From assembly GCA_047967505.1 (NCBI GenBank), contig CM106538.1: a DNA stretch of 64,000 bases; one strand, 5' to 3'. Positions 1 to 13,900 of the stretch are shown piece after piece. The notes under the pieces are model-generated. The model was not told the origin of the DNA and did not search any database. It saw only the letters and a program-made list of their open reading frames with translations. Position numbers and translations under genes: made by a program. The stretch is from Dipteris shenzhenensis (taxonomy: Eukaryota). Positions within the stretch are counted from its first letter, which is position 1; each line of letters starts with the position of its first letter.

Positions 1-1114
1 GGATGATTATTGTGGCATAATCCAAGATATTATTATGCTTGACTTTCGACGCTTCTTTGTGTATGTTTTGGATGTAAAGTGGTTTAAGGACGTGGTGGAA
101 AGAGGCCCTAATGCAACAATCAAACACCATGCAAGTGGCTTTGTAACTATTGACTCCACAAAGTTTTGGCAAAGTAGGAAGGACACACTAGTACTACCGC
201 AACAATGTGAACAGGTACTGTGCACACATATAAAAATACTCGCTTTTAAATATTTGATGCAAGAAAAGTAACATGATTGTATTTGTGTTTGAATTAGGTT
301 GTCTATCAACCAATGGTGGATAATAATAGATGGTGGCATGTCATACCTATTATGCCATCATGTTCCAAAGTGATGTATAGTACATTTACTAATATGGAGC
401 GTATGGAGGATGATCATGGCCATGGACGTGATGATGACGGTGATACAAGAGAGGAGGATGATCATGAGATAGGAGATACAGATATTGAGGCCATTACCCG
501 TGAGGATGAGCCTACCATTCGAGATGCTGATTTCGATGAGCACATGAGTGGCACAAGTAGTAGTGGGTTGAATGTATTTGTAGATCTTAACACTTGTTTG
601 GATTTTGAAGTAGATAGTTTGGCAAGGGTTGATCTCATTGAGGATGAGATTGAACCGTAGCCCCATAATTGATATTGGCAAAACTATTTTACATATTGTG
701 TCATTCTCCTCATCTCACTTAATTCTTGTATATGTGGGCTTGTAAAAAATTATGTGCTTTGGTAATCATGGGCAATGTTTGGAAAGCAATGATGTACACC
801 AAAATCTCACTTTCTGTATTCTCTGGTTTGCATCTATTTACGCGTCTAAATGCGCGTTTGATTCTTAGTGTAAACATGCAAATAAACGCGCTAATACACG
901 CGCAAATAGACGCGCTAATAAACGGGATGTTAGACGGGCCCGTATTTTCTCAGGTTAGATGCGCATGTAGACGCGGTAATTTACGCGCAAATAGACGAGC
1001 TTTTAGACGCGCATTTAGACGCGCCCGTAATTCCTCTACTAAAGAAATGCCTATAGATGCGCCTGCTTTTTGCATGTCTATCAAGCGCGTCTATAGTTGC
1101 TTTGTGTTGTTGTG
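1..1114 (+). mobile_element. 3' remnant of a CACTA/En-Spm transposon (DUF4216-like transposase C-terminus, acidic tail, subterminal repeats)
   Basis: Translation DDYCGIIQDIIMLDFRRFFVYVLDVKWFK...DSTKFW...CEQV resembles the transposase exon at 37377-37628. An acidic ORF follows (313-660), then ACGCG/AGACGCG repeats (840-1090) and a degenerate end TTGTTGTG. Confidence 0.75.
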
Positions 1115-2260
1115 ATAGAAGCTACCGCCTTTTATTGATTTTCCAACAAGTTGAGAACCTTTGTATTGGTCTTTGATCATGCATTCACTAGAAAATGATG
1201 TTACTAATAGTCAATCGGTCTTAAACCACTCAAGTGAGCTTCTTAAGTGAATGCCAACAGATTATGCCTATCTTGAGGGAAGGTATTGAGGACTATAATC
1301 CTAGCATGTCATGAAAATGAATGTATATAATATATACAATAAAGATGAAAACTTTTAACAAGCTAGTCATTTTAGTTTGACATTATCAACAAAACATAAT
1401 ATAATTTTGTATGTTTTCTTCAAAAAGATGTGAATCTTGGCAATGCTTTAAACTTTTTAGCAAAATAGTATTTAGATGGATAAAAAATTAACTAAATCAA
1501 ACTTAATCCCATGGATCTTTGGCTTTAAATTTGATATTTGGCCATTGTGGCTTATATTTCATGTGTTATTTTTTAAACAACCATCTTATGAACACTTTGA
1601 GGTATTGAAATGATGCCCCTTATATTCTCTCCCTCCCTAATTAAGTCACTTTTGGGCATAAAATAGATGGTGATGAGTGATCAACTTAATCAATATATGT
1701 AGCAAATCATTTCATAAAGAAGTAAGCATATATGGCATGGATATTTGACAATAGATCAATGTGACACTTCTTGACTTTATATAGACATTTTTTAAAAATT
1801 AGAATGTGTGCAAGTTCCTTAGGAAGCTTTGATGGAGAATATAGCATGATTATAGTTAGCCATGTAGGTTACAAAATGTACAGATTGCAATGTTCCTTAT
1901 AGTACAAATGCTTTATATCCATATATTCCTTGCATATTTGTCATGGTCATCAAGGACCATGCTGTTTAGGTAAGAGTTCACATCAACCTTTCTAGATACT
2001 CTATATAGTCTTAGTTTTTTCAAGCCCCTTTGAACACTATCCCTATTATATCTTCAAATGCAATGCATATCCAAAGTGGATATTAACTTTTTAATACACT
2101 CTAAGACTTAGTCCATACTTATTCGTGCAATACACTTTTTGGAAGGGATTTGCATGCACATTATCCACTGCCTTAAAAGAATACATAATCTTCCTACATC
2201 AATGGGGTACATGTAAGGTTTAACATTTCATGTAGTCTTTCATTAGGTAAATATGACTAT

Positions 2261-3102
2261 TTAATGGTGAAATAAGAGAGAAAGCACCTATGAAAATCCA
2301 TCTTGGTATGATGTTTATCACAAGACTTAGTGGCACCTCCCAACCCTTTGCACGCGCACCCTCTCCCATGAACACGCGCACCCCCAATTCCCCCTTGCAT
2401 GTGCATGCACACCTGTATGCCCCCCTTCTTGCGCATGCGGACACACCACACCTCCCCTTGCCCTTGCGTGCATGGGCACAACCCACCCCCCAACCTTGCA
2501 CACCCCCCCCCCTTCCCTCATCCCCCTTGTGCGGATGCGCAACCCCCCCCTCATCCCACCTTGTGCACCTGTACGAACCCCCCCTCATCCCAACTTCTGC
2601 GCTTGCGCACCCCCCCTCACCCCCGCTTGTGCACGTGCACAACCCCCCCTCATCTCACCTTGTGTGCATGTGCACCCCCCCTCATCCCCCCTTGTGCACG
2701 TGCACAACCCCCCCCTTCCCTCATTCTCGTTGTGCGCATGCGCCCCCCTTGCCCCCAACACCCCCCCTTGTGTGTGGACAACCACCCCTTTTCCCTCAGC
2801 CCCCTTGTGCATATGTGCCCCCCCGGCCCCCAACACCCCCCCTTGTGCACATGCGCACCCCCCCTCCTCATCCCATCTTGCGCCCATGCGCACCCCCCCG
2901 CCCCCCCTTCCCTCATTCCTCTTGTGTACATGCCCCCCCCCCCCCAACAACCGCCCTTGTGTGAATGTACACCCCCCCACCCCCCCTTGCGCGCACCCCC
3001 CCGTGCACGCATCCCCTCCCCTCATCCCCCTTTTTAATGGTGAAATAAGAGAGAAAGGATCTATAAAATCTATCTTGGTATGATGTTTATCACAAGACTT
3101 AG
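2261..3102. repeat. C-rich minisatellite between two ~70-bp direct repeats
   Basis: TTAATGGTGAAATAAGAGAGAAAG...CACAAGACTTAG occurs at 2261-2330 and 3034-3102. The interior is C-runs alternating with TTGTGCA/GTGCAC-like motifs. Confidence 0.85.
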
Positions 3103-3559
3103 CTGCACAAGTTTCTTATATGAAGCAAGATGAAAAAATCAAATTAAATCTTATTTTCTTTGTACAATCTTGATGTGGAGATGGATACATTAAGTACTAG
3201 TATGATATTAGAGGTTGGTCAATCCCTAGAAAGAACCAAGATACAAAAAAGTCATTAAAAATACATTTAAAAGTCCCCTCTTTAATCTATTTTAAGCATC
3301 TTTCTTTAAAGTTGCGTTTTAAAAAATCCCCTTTGCTAAATGAACGTACTATATTTATGGATTATTTTTAATGGACCCCATTTTTACTACACATTTGGAG
3401 GAAGCTTTCCTCCTAGACATCTTGATGAGGGGATGCATATCACAATGGAAGAATGGGATTATGCTAGAGGATGCATTCAAAAGGTCGGTCTGTAGAATGT
3501 TATGCATAAGTTAGGAGCTTTCAACAATTTAAATTGCTTATTCAATTGATTTTGTCTTG

Positions 3560-4757
3560 GTGTAGTGTACTATGTTCAATGCTATATGGTGTGAGGGCAA
3601 GCATTTTCAAACACAACGGATTGATGATAAGAGAAACACACAAGATTACGGCATCATTGCTAGCTTTGAGGGAGCCAATGGAACCATGGATGATTATTGT
3701 GGCATAATCTGAGATATTACTAGGCTTGACTTTTAGCACTTCTTTGTGTATGTTTTGGAAGTCAAGTCGTTTAAGGACATGGTGGAAAGAGGCTCTAATG
3801 CAACAATAAAATGCCATGCAAGTGGCTTTGTAACTATTGACTCCACAAAGTTTTGGCAAAGCAAGAAGGACACACTAGTACCACCGCAACAATGTGAACA
3901 TGTACTGTACATATATATAAAAATACTCACTTTTTTATATTTGATACTTTCGATGCAAGGAAAATAACATGTTTGTATTTGTGTTTGAACTAGGTTGTCT
4001 ATCAACCAATGGTGGATAATAATAGGTGGTGGCATGTCATACCTATTTCGCCACGTTCCAAAGTGATGCATAGTACATTTACTAATATGGAGCGGAGGAT
4101 GATCATTGCCATGGAGGTGATGATGATCGTTATAGGAGAGAGGAGGATGATCATGAGATAGAAGATACAGATATTCAGGCCATTACCCATGAGATGAGCA
4201 TAGTAGCACAAGTAGTAGTCGGCTGAATGTATTCATAGATCTCCACATTTGTTTGGATATTGATGTAGATAGTTTGGCAAGGGTTGATCTCATTGAGGAT
4301 GAGATCGAATCGTAGCCCATCATTTTCATCCAAATTTCTTATGTATTAGCAAAACTATTTTATATATTGTCTCATTCTCCTCATCTCACTTAATTTTTAT
4401 ATATGTGTGTTTGGCAAAAAGCATATTATCGAGTGTGACACGTGCATAGCATTGATATTTTTTAAAAATTATGTGCTTTGGTAATCGTGGGCAATGCTTG
4501 GAAAGCAGTGATGCACATTTATCAGCTTTTGCTGCAAAATTTCAAACTTTACTGTGCGTTTATAAACACGTCTAAATATGCATCTAATATACAATGTAGA
4601 TGCACTATGAGATGCATTAATAACCACACTAATAGATGCGTTAATAACTGTGCTAATAGACATGCCCATATTTTCATTAGTTCTATCTGTGCCTATAGAC
4701 ACGTCTGCTATTTTGCATATCTATCACGTGCATCTATAGCTGCTTTGTCTTGCTGTG
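3560..4757 (+). mobile_element. Second copy of the CACTA 3' remnant (paralog of 1-1114)
   Basis: 3688-4500 aligns by eye with 1-800 (GGATGATTATTGTGGCATAATC...). It is more degenerate, and the start is approximate. Confidence 0.7.
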
Positions 4758-6188
4758 TAAAGTAGCTTGCTAGTATTGTATTCACACTTCAAAGTTTGAT
4801 TCCATGTATAGTTCCATGTAGACCCATTATTATAAAGTTTAGTTCTTTCATTTTTGGTAAGATGTCATCTTGACCATTGTTGAGGAATGGCTTTCAAAGA
4901 AGTAAGAAAGTAGCTTGCTGATACCTTGGCCCATACAATTACATGCCTATATAAGTTCATTGTTGTTAACTGAACATGGAGTAGCATGCCTCTTGTGTTT
5001 CTCATCGCACTAACATGAATCTTCACCAATATATAGTTGTCCCATGAAAGCATGGGTGTCATCTAATAACGTTAATGTCTTGCCTTTATAATACTTCTAT
5101 CTCACAATAATTTTTAGTGAAAATTCAAGGAGGCAAAAAAAGATCGTACTAGGAAAAGTGGGAATATCTCACCAATGTGGGACTCTCCAAATTGGCTGAG
5201 TATAAATAAATTGTTCCTTTTATATGTGTTTTATACAATGGAGCTTGATTGAAATTCTTGATGTTGCACTTGTATGTTGCACTTGTATATTAGTAATGTC
5301 TTGTAGGTTTTCTTCTGATTGTATAAAATGTTTCCAGCTTGATTGAGCTCAAGGAATATATGTGCTTTCAAAGTGGCTATGATGGGTTTGGTTTGCATGC
5401 TAGTTTCTTTTCCAAATCCTCCTGTGATCAATTTTCATAAGGAAGATGTTCAATATACAAACCGTGTATGATAGGTGCTTCATTGTATTTATAATGGGTG
5501 TTTCTTTGTGAAATGTTGCATGTATATATGTTTCATGAATTATGGAACTATTGTGAAGGTTTTCATAGTTGGATTCTCTAATGAGACACAAAGAAAGAGA
5601 AGGAAGAAGGATATGAAAGTAAGAAAGACAAGGAAAATAAAAAATAAGGAAAGGAAGGGACATGAGGATGTAGCATATAATATGAGCCAACCCACATGCA
5701 TGAAATTGCCAATCTCCAAATACTATCCCATTATGATGTTCACATTACAAATCAAGAGATCCAATTGCATGTGCTATGGAATGTAAGTGATCATATCATA
5801 ACCAAAATGGAGCAAAGACTAGTAGTAAGAGAGTAGTAATCACTAATCATTGTAATCGATTTTACATCAATCATAAGCAAACAAAATTCAAGGATCCCCA
5901 CAAATACTAGGCTCCTATTTACACTTCCAAACTCTTATGCTAATAATGCATAGTTTTTTTGTATACGGGCTTCAAAATTAGTTGCTAACAAATTTGTTTT
6001 TTGGCAGCTAACACTCCATTGTTTTGGGTCATCTTTAAAATGGAGAGATTAAAAATGAAATGCATATAGGAAAATAGCCCATGGTAGGACACTCGCCATG
6101 TGGATATTTCAAGACATGATATAGATGTTGGCAAAACACCACAAGCACTAATGGATCATTAAAACATTTTTGGGAATCTAACTGTTTT

Positions 6189-7030
6189 CTATGTAAGTAG
6201 GTGGTGCCACAAAAAATTTGCAAGGAGGAAAATACAAACCAAGCAAAAGTAAGGATAGACCAATATCAAGCTGGCTGATGAGAACTTATTTGAGTCATGC
6301 CACAGAATGGAACCAACCAACCTATTATTTGAGAGATCGAGAACTTTTAGATGCAGCAAACATTTGATCGTTGAAGAAATGAATCCAAATAATGCATTGT
6401 TGTCTAGAAGCAAGACCTTTAAACTGGCCAAGCTTCCCACAGTCCACATAATGTCTTCTGATAGTTGATTCCTTGAAAGAGAGAAAACAAAAAGGGAACT
6501 ACCATTGAGGATACCTACAGGGAAAGGCCCTTGTGGCCTGTTGTTTGCTACAGAAAAATACCTAAGAAGTGAGAGACAAGGAAAAATGATTGTGATTGAA
6601 GAAGAGGTGCTGCAAGGCAGACAAAGAGTTGACGGTGGGGGGTAGGGGGCCATGTTGGGAGCAATGGATCAGATCTAGATGGCAAAGATTCAACAATAAT
6701 GGGGAGGGAAGGGGGCTAGTGAGTTGGGAGTTATGGACGATGTCGATGAGAGCAAGGTTGGATAGCTTTGCGAGGTTGGAAGGGATGATACCGGAGAGGG
6801 AATTGTTGGAGAGGTCGAGGGTGGTGAGGAAAGGCAAGCCAATGAAGAGGAGGGGAAGGATGGAGCCAGGCAAGCCGAGGGAGGGGAGGAGGAGGGAGAT
6901 GGCATGGGAGTGGGAGTTACATGGAACACTTGACAAGACATAGCTATGGGATAGGGAAAGGGAGGACAGAGGCAATCTCTAGGGAGGAGGAGAAGTAGTT
7001 GGAGGATGGATGCAAGAGGCCAAGGTAATG
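6189..7030 (-). pseudogene. Plant extracellular LRR protein (RLK/RLP-type ectodomain) pseudogene fragment
   Basis: LxxLDLSxNxLxGxIP-type repeats (LTTLDLSNNSLSGIIP, LKVLLLDNNALFG, LKVLDLSNNRLVG) are split over ORFs 6562-6975 and 6189-6653. No TM or kinase domain was seen. Confidence 0.8.
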
Positions 7031-7149
7031 ATCAACATCAGATTGGCAAGGAGCTCGAGTAAATGATTGCATGAAATAAGGAAATTTTGACGATGCTTTT
7101 TGCGAGTAATGCCACCATTGCAATGATCACTCCAAGATGTTGCAACCTC

Positions 7150-8394
7150 AGGCGATTGAGGAGGTTGTTTATGAACTTGATTTAGTATTTTGATTCTTAA
7201 TGTCAAATGGTTTAGAACTATCTACAATGGTCCCAATGTTACAGTTAGGAGAGACAGCATTGGTTTCTTTGTCATTGACTCCACTAGACCCTAGACCGAG
7301 GAACGTGATACGTTTGTTCTTCCAAAGCATTGTGAATAGGTGCATACTAATGAATTAATTAAAAGATAATATCTTCGTTTTCAAACAAATATTGATAGAT
7401 GTTCATGTATAAATATTTATATACTTAATCATAAATTAATATAATTAATAGCATATAATTTGTATCTTCAACATAGGTGGTCTTTCATCTGGATCATTTG
7501 GATCCAAGATGGTGGTACATGGTCCAAGTTTCTCCTCAAAGCAAATATAGTTTTAAAGATAGAAATGTGGATATGGAGATGCCAGTAGAAGATCCAAATA
7601 ATGATGCGAAAGGATGTAGAGAAGAGGATGAAGATGACGATATGGGCCAAGAAGAAGGTGACAATAATGACACTATAATGGAGCAAGGTGGAGATCACGA
7701 CTTTGGGGAAGAAGAGGGAGAACTAGAGGATGAACTAGAGGATCAAGTCTTAGGTAGACATATAATAGGGGATGATGATATAGGTGATCAATTGTATGTA
7801 AACCTTGAGATAGAGTTATTTCACGCATAAGACTTGGCTCAAGATGAAGCCGTCAATGTAAATGCTACTAATTGATTGTTTTGACATCGATGAGACTTCC
7901 TATGTTTGGCCCTCTCAGTTTTATAGCACTTGACATTTTGTACATTTGTATGTTAAGTTCACCATCAATATATGAGTGTTTTGATCTCAATTTTGGTGTA
8001 CATACTCATATTTTTTATCTTCAAATGCCCAAACTTGTGGTCAAATTTTATTTTAGGTCCCTTGGAACTGATGAGTGTTTTGATCTCAAATTTGGTGTAC
8101 ATACTCATATTTTTTATCTTTCAAATGCCCAAACTTATGGTCAAAAATTATTTTGGGTCCCTTGGAACTGATGTTCTATAAAAACGTCGATATGGAAAAT
8201 TTAACCCAAAGTCGGTGGAAGCGTCAGTAGAAGCATTGTCAATCATTGATATGTACATCAGTATACACCAACTAGCATCTCATCATCTACACCAACACCT
8301 TCCCTGCCCGCTAATCATACCGATGATTTTTGTGCCCGTGCCTACAAAGCATCAATAGATAGCATCGGATTTAAGAGACCCATGTCTTGTAGTG
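7150..8394 (+). mobile_element. Third CACTA 3' remnant with an intact terminus
   Basis: ORF 7477-7830 (VFHLDHLDPRWW...DDDIGDQLYVNLEIELF) is homologous to the transposase tail at 36873-37300. It ends in CTTGTAGTG (reverse complement CACTACAAG) at 8394. Confidence 0.8.
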
Positions 8395-8399
8395 GTTGT

Positions 8400-11300
8400 T
8401 CATCAACCGCAATGAGAATTGTCTTTCATTCTCTATTTGTTGACCTTTTTGTAGTCTACATAGACTCTCAACTTGCTTAGGTTTATTTGGCATAATTATG
8501 ATTGAAAATAACCAATCTCTTCTACTTACCTAGTAGATAAATCTTCCCCTTAGAATTTAATAGCTAATCTATTTTAGCTTTTACCAACTTAGCATAATTG
8601 GGGTTCATTTGCTACCTTTTTGCCAAATTGTCTTTGCTTTTGGAATGAGGAATTTGATGTTGGATCAAATTTTTGGTACCTCCTTTAGGTCCATGTATTT
8701 CAAAGGGAATACTCCTTGCACTTTAGAAAAAGTTATTGGGATCACTCGAGGACTTTGCTAGGAAGTTCTTTGTTGATACTACTAGTTTGGATGATTCAAT
8801 AGGCTGAATTTTCTTTCATTCCCCTTTTTCCATATTCATCTTTGATGAAGCCATTGGGAAGGCCATATTCGGATGTTTGTTTACCACCAATATCATTTTT
8901 GCTACCCCACCCTCATTGCGTCAATAGTAACTATTGGCATAGTGTTGAGTCTGAGTAGCTTATCTTCAATGCCTAAGGCATATGGGGGGCATATGCCTCT
9001 TCTCATTCTAGACACTCAAGCTTGCATTCTTTTGGATGATTCTCTTTGTCATCACTATTCATACATCTTGCCCATCGTATGCAATGGTGAGCCATGTGTC
9101 AATTCACCAATCATGGAACATCTTGTCTCCTCCTCGTCTCCTTTCACACATGATCTTTCAGCTAACAACATTGGCTATCCTTGCTCATTCTCCCTCTTGA
9201 CCATGATGAACATGATTAGGAAGCATGGTCCACATATTTTTATGCATATGTCCTTAAGAACCAACCTTAGCACCACCAATCTCTGCCATCATGCAAATTC
9301 CAAAAGTCGATGGCTTTACATTTTCCAATTTGAGGTGTCTTTTGGACTTCCTTAAAGATGATGTTTACTTCAGGGCTCCCATCAATGAGTAGTCCCTTTC
9401 CCATGTGTGATTCTGAATTTTGATGGCAATCACAAGTACTTCGTCCCAAATCACCATTTTGGTCACCCCCACCCTTGGTCAATGGATTTGCTATAGATTG
9501 CTCATTGATTGTGAGGTTTTGGAAAAGCTTCACGTAAAGGGAATCAAGATCCATAATTGTCCAATTGAAATCATCACATTAAGTACTTGAATTTTCTCTC
9601 AGGTTCTATTGACTTGATTCTAAACTACTAGAATGCATTTTGCCTTGTCTTTGCTTTATAATTTGTTCTTGCCCTGTCCTTGCTTTATAATTTGTTCTTG
9701 CCTTCATTCCTCTAGCTATACTTTGGCTCCTCATTTTGGGACTTAGTGTTTCCCATATCTTTGCTTTATAATTTGTTCTTGCCCTATCTTGGCTTTATAA
9801 TTTGTTCTTGCCTTCATTCCTCTAGCTGCACTCTGGCTCCCCATTTTGGGACTTAGTGTTTCCCATATCTTTACAATCGGTTCTTTTTTATTAAGGGCAT
9901 GGTTGATCTCCTTCACCATCTTATTCTCTTCATCTAAGCAAACTATTGGCTAATTCGGCTTCTTCAAATTTATTTGATGACCACAGGGGATTGCCAAGAC
10001 CACTCAACAACAACTACAATCACAATGCTTTTTTTGTCTTGCTCATTGTCTGGTTGGTTGATCAGCACCTTCATTCATGCTACAAAGTAATACACTAGTT
10101 TACCCAACTTCTGTTTGATTCTATTGAGCTTCGTCTCATGAGTCCTCTTTGTTAAACTCATGTTGAAACCCCCTCAAGAAAGCTTCCTTCAACTCATCTC
10201 ATGTGGTGGAATCATCAAGGAGTGATCATTTGGATACTAATCAAACCACTCAGTGAAACTTGTTTATAAACATGGTGGGGAAGTACTCTTCCTCCATTGA
10301 CTTGCAATATTACAAAAAATTTGCACATGGAATTAGGGATTTGTACATCCCTCTCATCCCATGGACTTTTCAAATTTCAACCTTATCTTTGGTCCCTCAT
10401 TTCTTCTACATCTCTTTATGCACTAAGTGATAGGTTCTCAAACATACCCATTCTACTTGTACTAGTGAACTTTGGACGTCTTTGCCTTAGCAAGGTTAGT
10501 GGAGGTCCCCTTTTCAATTTTTCCTAGACTTTACTCAATTTGCCCACTCCCCTTTTTCATCTGAGTCTCTTCTTGCTCACTATCCTAAGTCCACTAGCTT
10601 GATATTATATTCCTAGTATCCACTCATCTCTCTACTACTAATGTGTTTATATATGGAGATCTTGCATCTATTGCTTTTGACATTCATTGCGAGTTGATTT
10701 GCATCGTTCCATGGTTGAAGTTGATTTGCACTATTCCATCATTGTGAGTTGATTTGCAGTGTTCCATGGTTAATAGTTGATTAGCTCATTCATCTAGGGA
10801 TGCTATTGCACTGCATTTATTTTAAGTATGTAAGGCAAATTGTTGTTTGTAGAGACCAATAAGATTGCAAGTTGATCAAAGCAAGTACTACATGCATCGT
10901 AAAGAATGGATGCATCATTAGATGCAAAGCAAGTACTACATGAATTGTACTACATGAATTGTAAAGAATGGATGCATCATTAAAAAAGTGCTAATGGCTG
11001 ATCTACTAATCATTGTTGGTGGAATGTGTCCAAGGACATGATATGCTCCATGTTAGAGGTGAAAGCATCAATAATGGATGCTAACATGGAATCACTTGAT
11101 GAGTTTGATGCACTAAGGCATGTGTCTCTACATGCTACTAGAGATGTGAGAGCTTCATGCATGCATTCAAAAAGAGGGGTCTTTAAATATAACTTTAGAA
11201 AAAAAATCACTTCATTCATAAGTAAACAGCTCGCTTGTGTCACCCAAGTGTCTACTAGATCGTGTGCAAGCAATTCCATAAGAAAAAGGAAAGAAAGGGG

Positions 11301-13900
11301 AGAGGGGGAGAGAAGGGAAAAGAGAGCATGAGGGAGGGAGATGGGAGCAAGGGAGAGTGGCAATCACAAGACAACTCACAAGAAAGAACAAGGAAACTCA
11401 ATGCAAGAGAATGAGAGAAAGGAGAGCTTCTATTTCATTCCTTGAAAGTACACAATGAAGACCACCATACAAGTGCATATTGCAAGCAATAAAATATGAG
11501 AATCTAAGGTTCTTTGCACACTAATAGTAGTAGGGAACTTGAGGTTTTGCTTGAAGCTTTGTAACCTTCTTATTGGACTAACTTTGACTTGTTCTTGATG
11601 GGCTTCTTCACTCTGATATACCAAAGATTGGATGACTCATAAGAGATAGTCATTTAACAATTAAATCAATGATCACAATCAAGTGTCATATGAAATGAGC
11701 ACATCACCCCCATAAATGAAAATGAATCCAACTTCCAATCACTTCTATGAATTTCAATCCTTCAAAACTAATTTCCACCAATAGGAAATACTATAGCTAG
11801 CATAAAGTGTTTGCATTTTGATTCACATTTGCTTTAAAAAGCCGAAAATATGTTGCAAAAAAGTAACAATCTTTGAGCATCAATTTCTCACCAACATAAG
11901 TCCAATCAAGGGTCTTTTTGAGCTCAAATGAAGCCCTTGTACCAAAGATTTAGCAGAGCAAAGAAGGAGCAAAATGTTGCGCCTAGTCACCATAGAAAGT
12001 GTGGCCATTACCGATTGGTTTTTTGTCAATTTCTCCTCGCTCAATGGACCAATTCATCTCAGATTTGAACTGGAGCTAGTTCATAGTGTCACACAACTAT
12101 GGCTAAGAGGAATTAGAGTGTTGTTACTCCAACAGGCAACATTATGCAAAATATCAGTGACCTACAAGTGGTAACACGGGCTATAGATGAGATCATTCCC
12201 TAATTGCTTTGGACCAGGGGTTTGGCTAGTCAAGAGGAGTCTTCAACTCAAAGGGCTTGTAGAATGGTGCAGTGGAGTGGGGGAACAAGCTCAAGGAAAA
12301 ATTGGGGCAAAAGGGGAAAGGAATAATGAATAAGGAGAGGTGGGGAAGAATGAATAAGGAGAGAGGTGGGGAAGAAGATAATGATGTGGCATAGTGAGGG
12401 ATGAAGGCTCCAAGAGGGTGGCGAGGCTCTGATACCCCATGAAGGAAACTAAATGGAAGCATAATGGGAAAAAGAGAGTTTTATTCATGAGTAGAGGTTG
12501 CCTTAAGTAGGGAAGTGATACAATGCATGTGCCCAAGAGAGAGATCATCTCCAAGTCCACTAATTTCACCACCACTGATTTCTCAATTAGGTCCATGATT
12601 CTCTCGATCATCTTGAGATGACCAATCCTCTACCATTGACTATCAATCCTTCACCATATGGTTTCAGACCTTGACATGAATCTCAAGTACCTCTTCACCC
12701 CAAATTGTTCTTATAATCACTTCAATGTTTGATGCTAGGGGTGTGGCTGGGGTTGCTACTCTGTCAACAGATTTGGATGGGGAGACACTTCCATTAGTTG
12801 GCAATCACAGTTGTCATATTTAGCTTGCAAAACTTCTCCTACACTATGTTGATCCGCACTTGCTTTATAGTTCAGTTTAGGTTTCATTGCCCCCCCCACT
12901 CAGTCAGTTGTTCTAGTCTATTGGCTACCTTTTGAGTTCTTGTCAGTTTGAGCTTTCTCCCACTTTGATGAGAGGTTTGTTCTTCTTTAGCTCATGGGCT
13001 ATTCTTTGTTGTCCTTTTCCAATGAAATTGTTGTTCTTTTGGCTTCTTTGGTTCTATTTTGGATGGACCTCGTGATTGGGTGACTACTATTGGTCTACCT
13101 TGGTTATCACTGTACTTGCTTGATGTGCACAATCTTCTTACATCCATGTTTTGTGAGCATGTCAAGTTTATTTTTGCATAACTTCCACTTGCATTTTTGG
13201 TGACCCTCCTCCCACATAAGAAACACTATGTCAGTGCTTTTTAGTGTTTTGACCTGGTAGGCCTTCTTCATCTCCTATTCCGCTTTTGAACATATACCAA
13301 TTGCATTTCTTGGTTTACAACAATCTTTCGCTAAGTAGCTAAGGTAAATTCAAATTTTGCACCCTATTCCTGACTAACACTCACTTCCCATTTATGAATC
13401 TAGGTCTTGCATTGTGGTACAAGGTCCCTCCTTTTATTAGGTTTCCTCAAATTTTTATTGATCCAACCTTTCTCAACATTGGTTTCCTTTCTTGGCACTA
13501 GTTTTTCTCCTTGTTCATCATTACTCTCCAATTCTTGGGTGGGTCACTTCTTTTTTCTTTGAGACTTTGAATTTTCCTTTTCTAACACAAGCACTCATTG
13601 AAGCAACTCATCATACTATGTCATTCGGTGTGCTATCGCAATGTTATGTAGCCCCATTCCCAAGGTGAGGCCACTCATTGGCCAAGACCAGAATGTCATC
13701 TCATCTTGTGATTTGGTGAGCTGGTTAGTTTGCACCCTCATCTTTGCTATAAAGTCATACAGCATGTCACCCTTTGTTTGGTTGAGGTCATTGAGCTGTA
13801 GCAAGACACCCTCCTTACATAATTCATGATGGATCCAAGGCTTGCACAAGCCAATACCCTCTACTAGTGCATGCAAAACCTCTACTATTGATGTCAATAG
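8400..13900 (-). mobile_element. Highly degenerate Ty3/Gypsy-like gag-protease remnants
   Basis: Protease-like LLIDGSPEVNII lies in ORF 9267-9554, with a possible decayed zinc knuckle near 13190-13230. Many stops; boundaries are uncertain. Confidence 0.4.

Noticed and set aside
2290-3083. Proline-rich extensin-like ORFs
   Set aside because: All frames are open because of C-runs; there is no clear signal peptide or regular SPPPP/Tyr periodicity.
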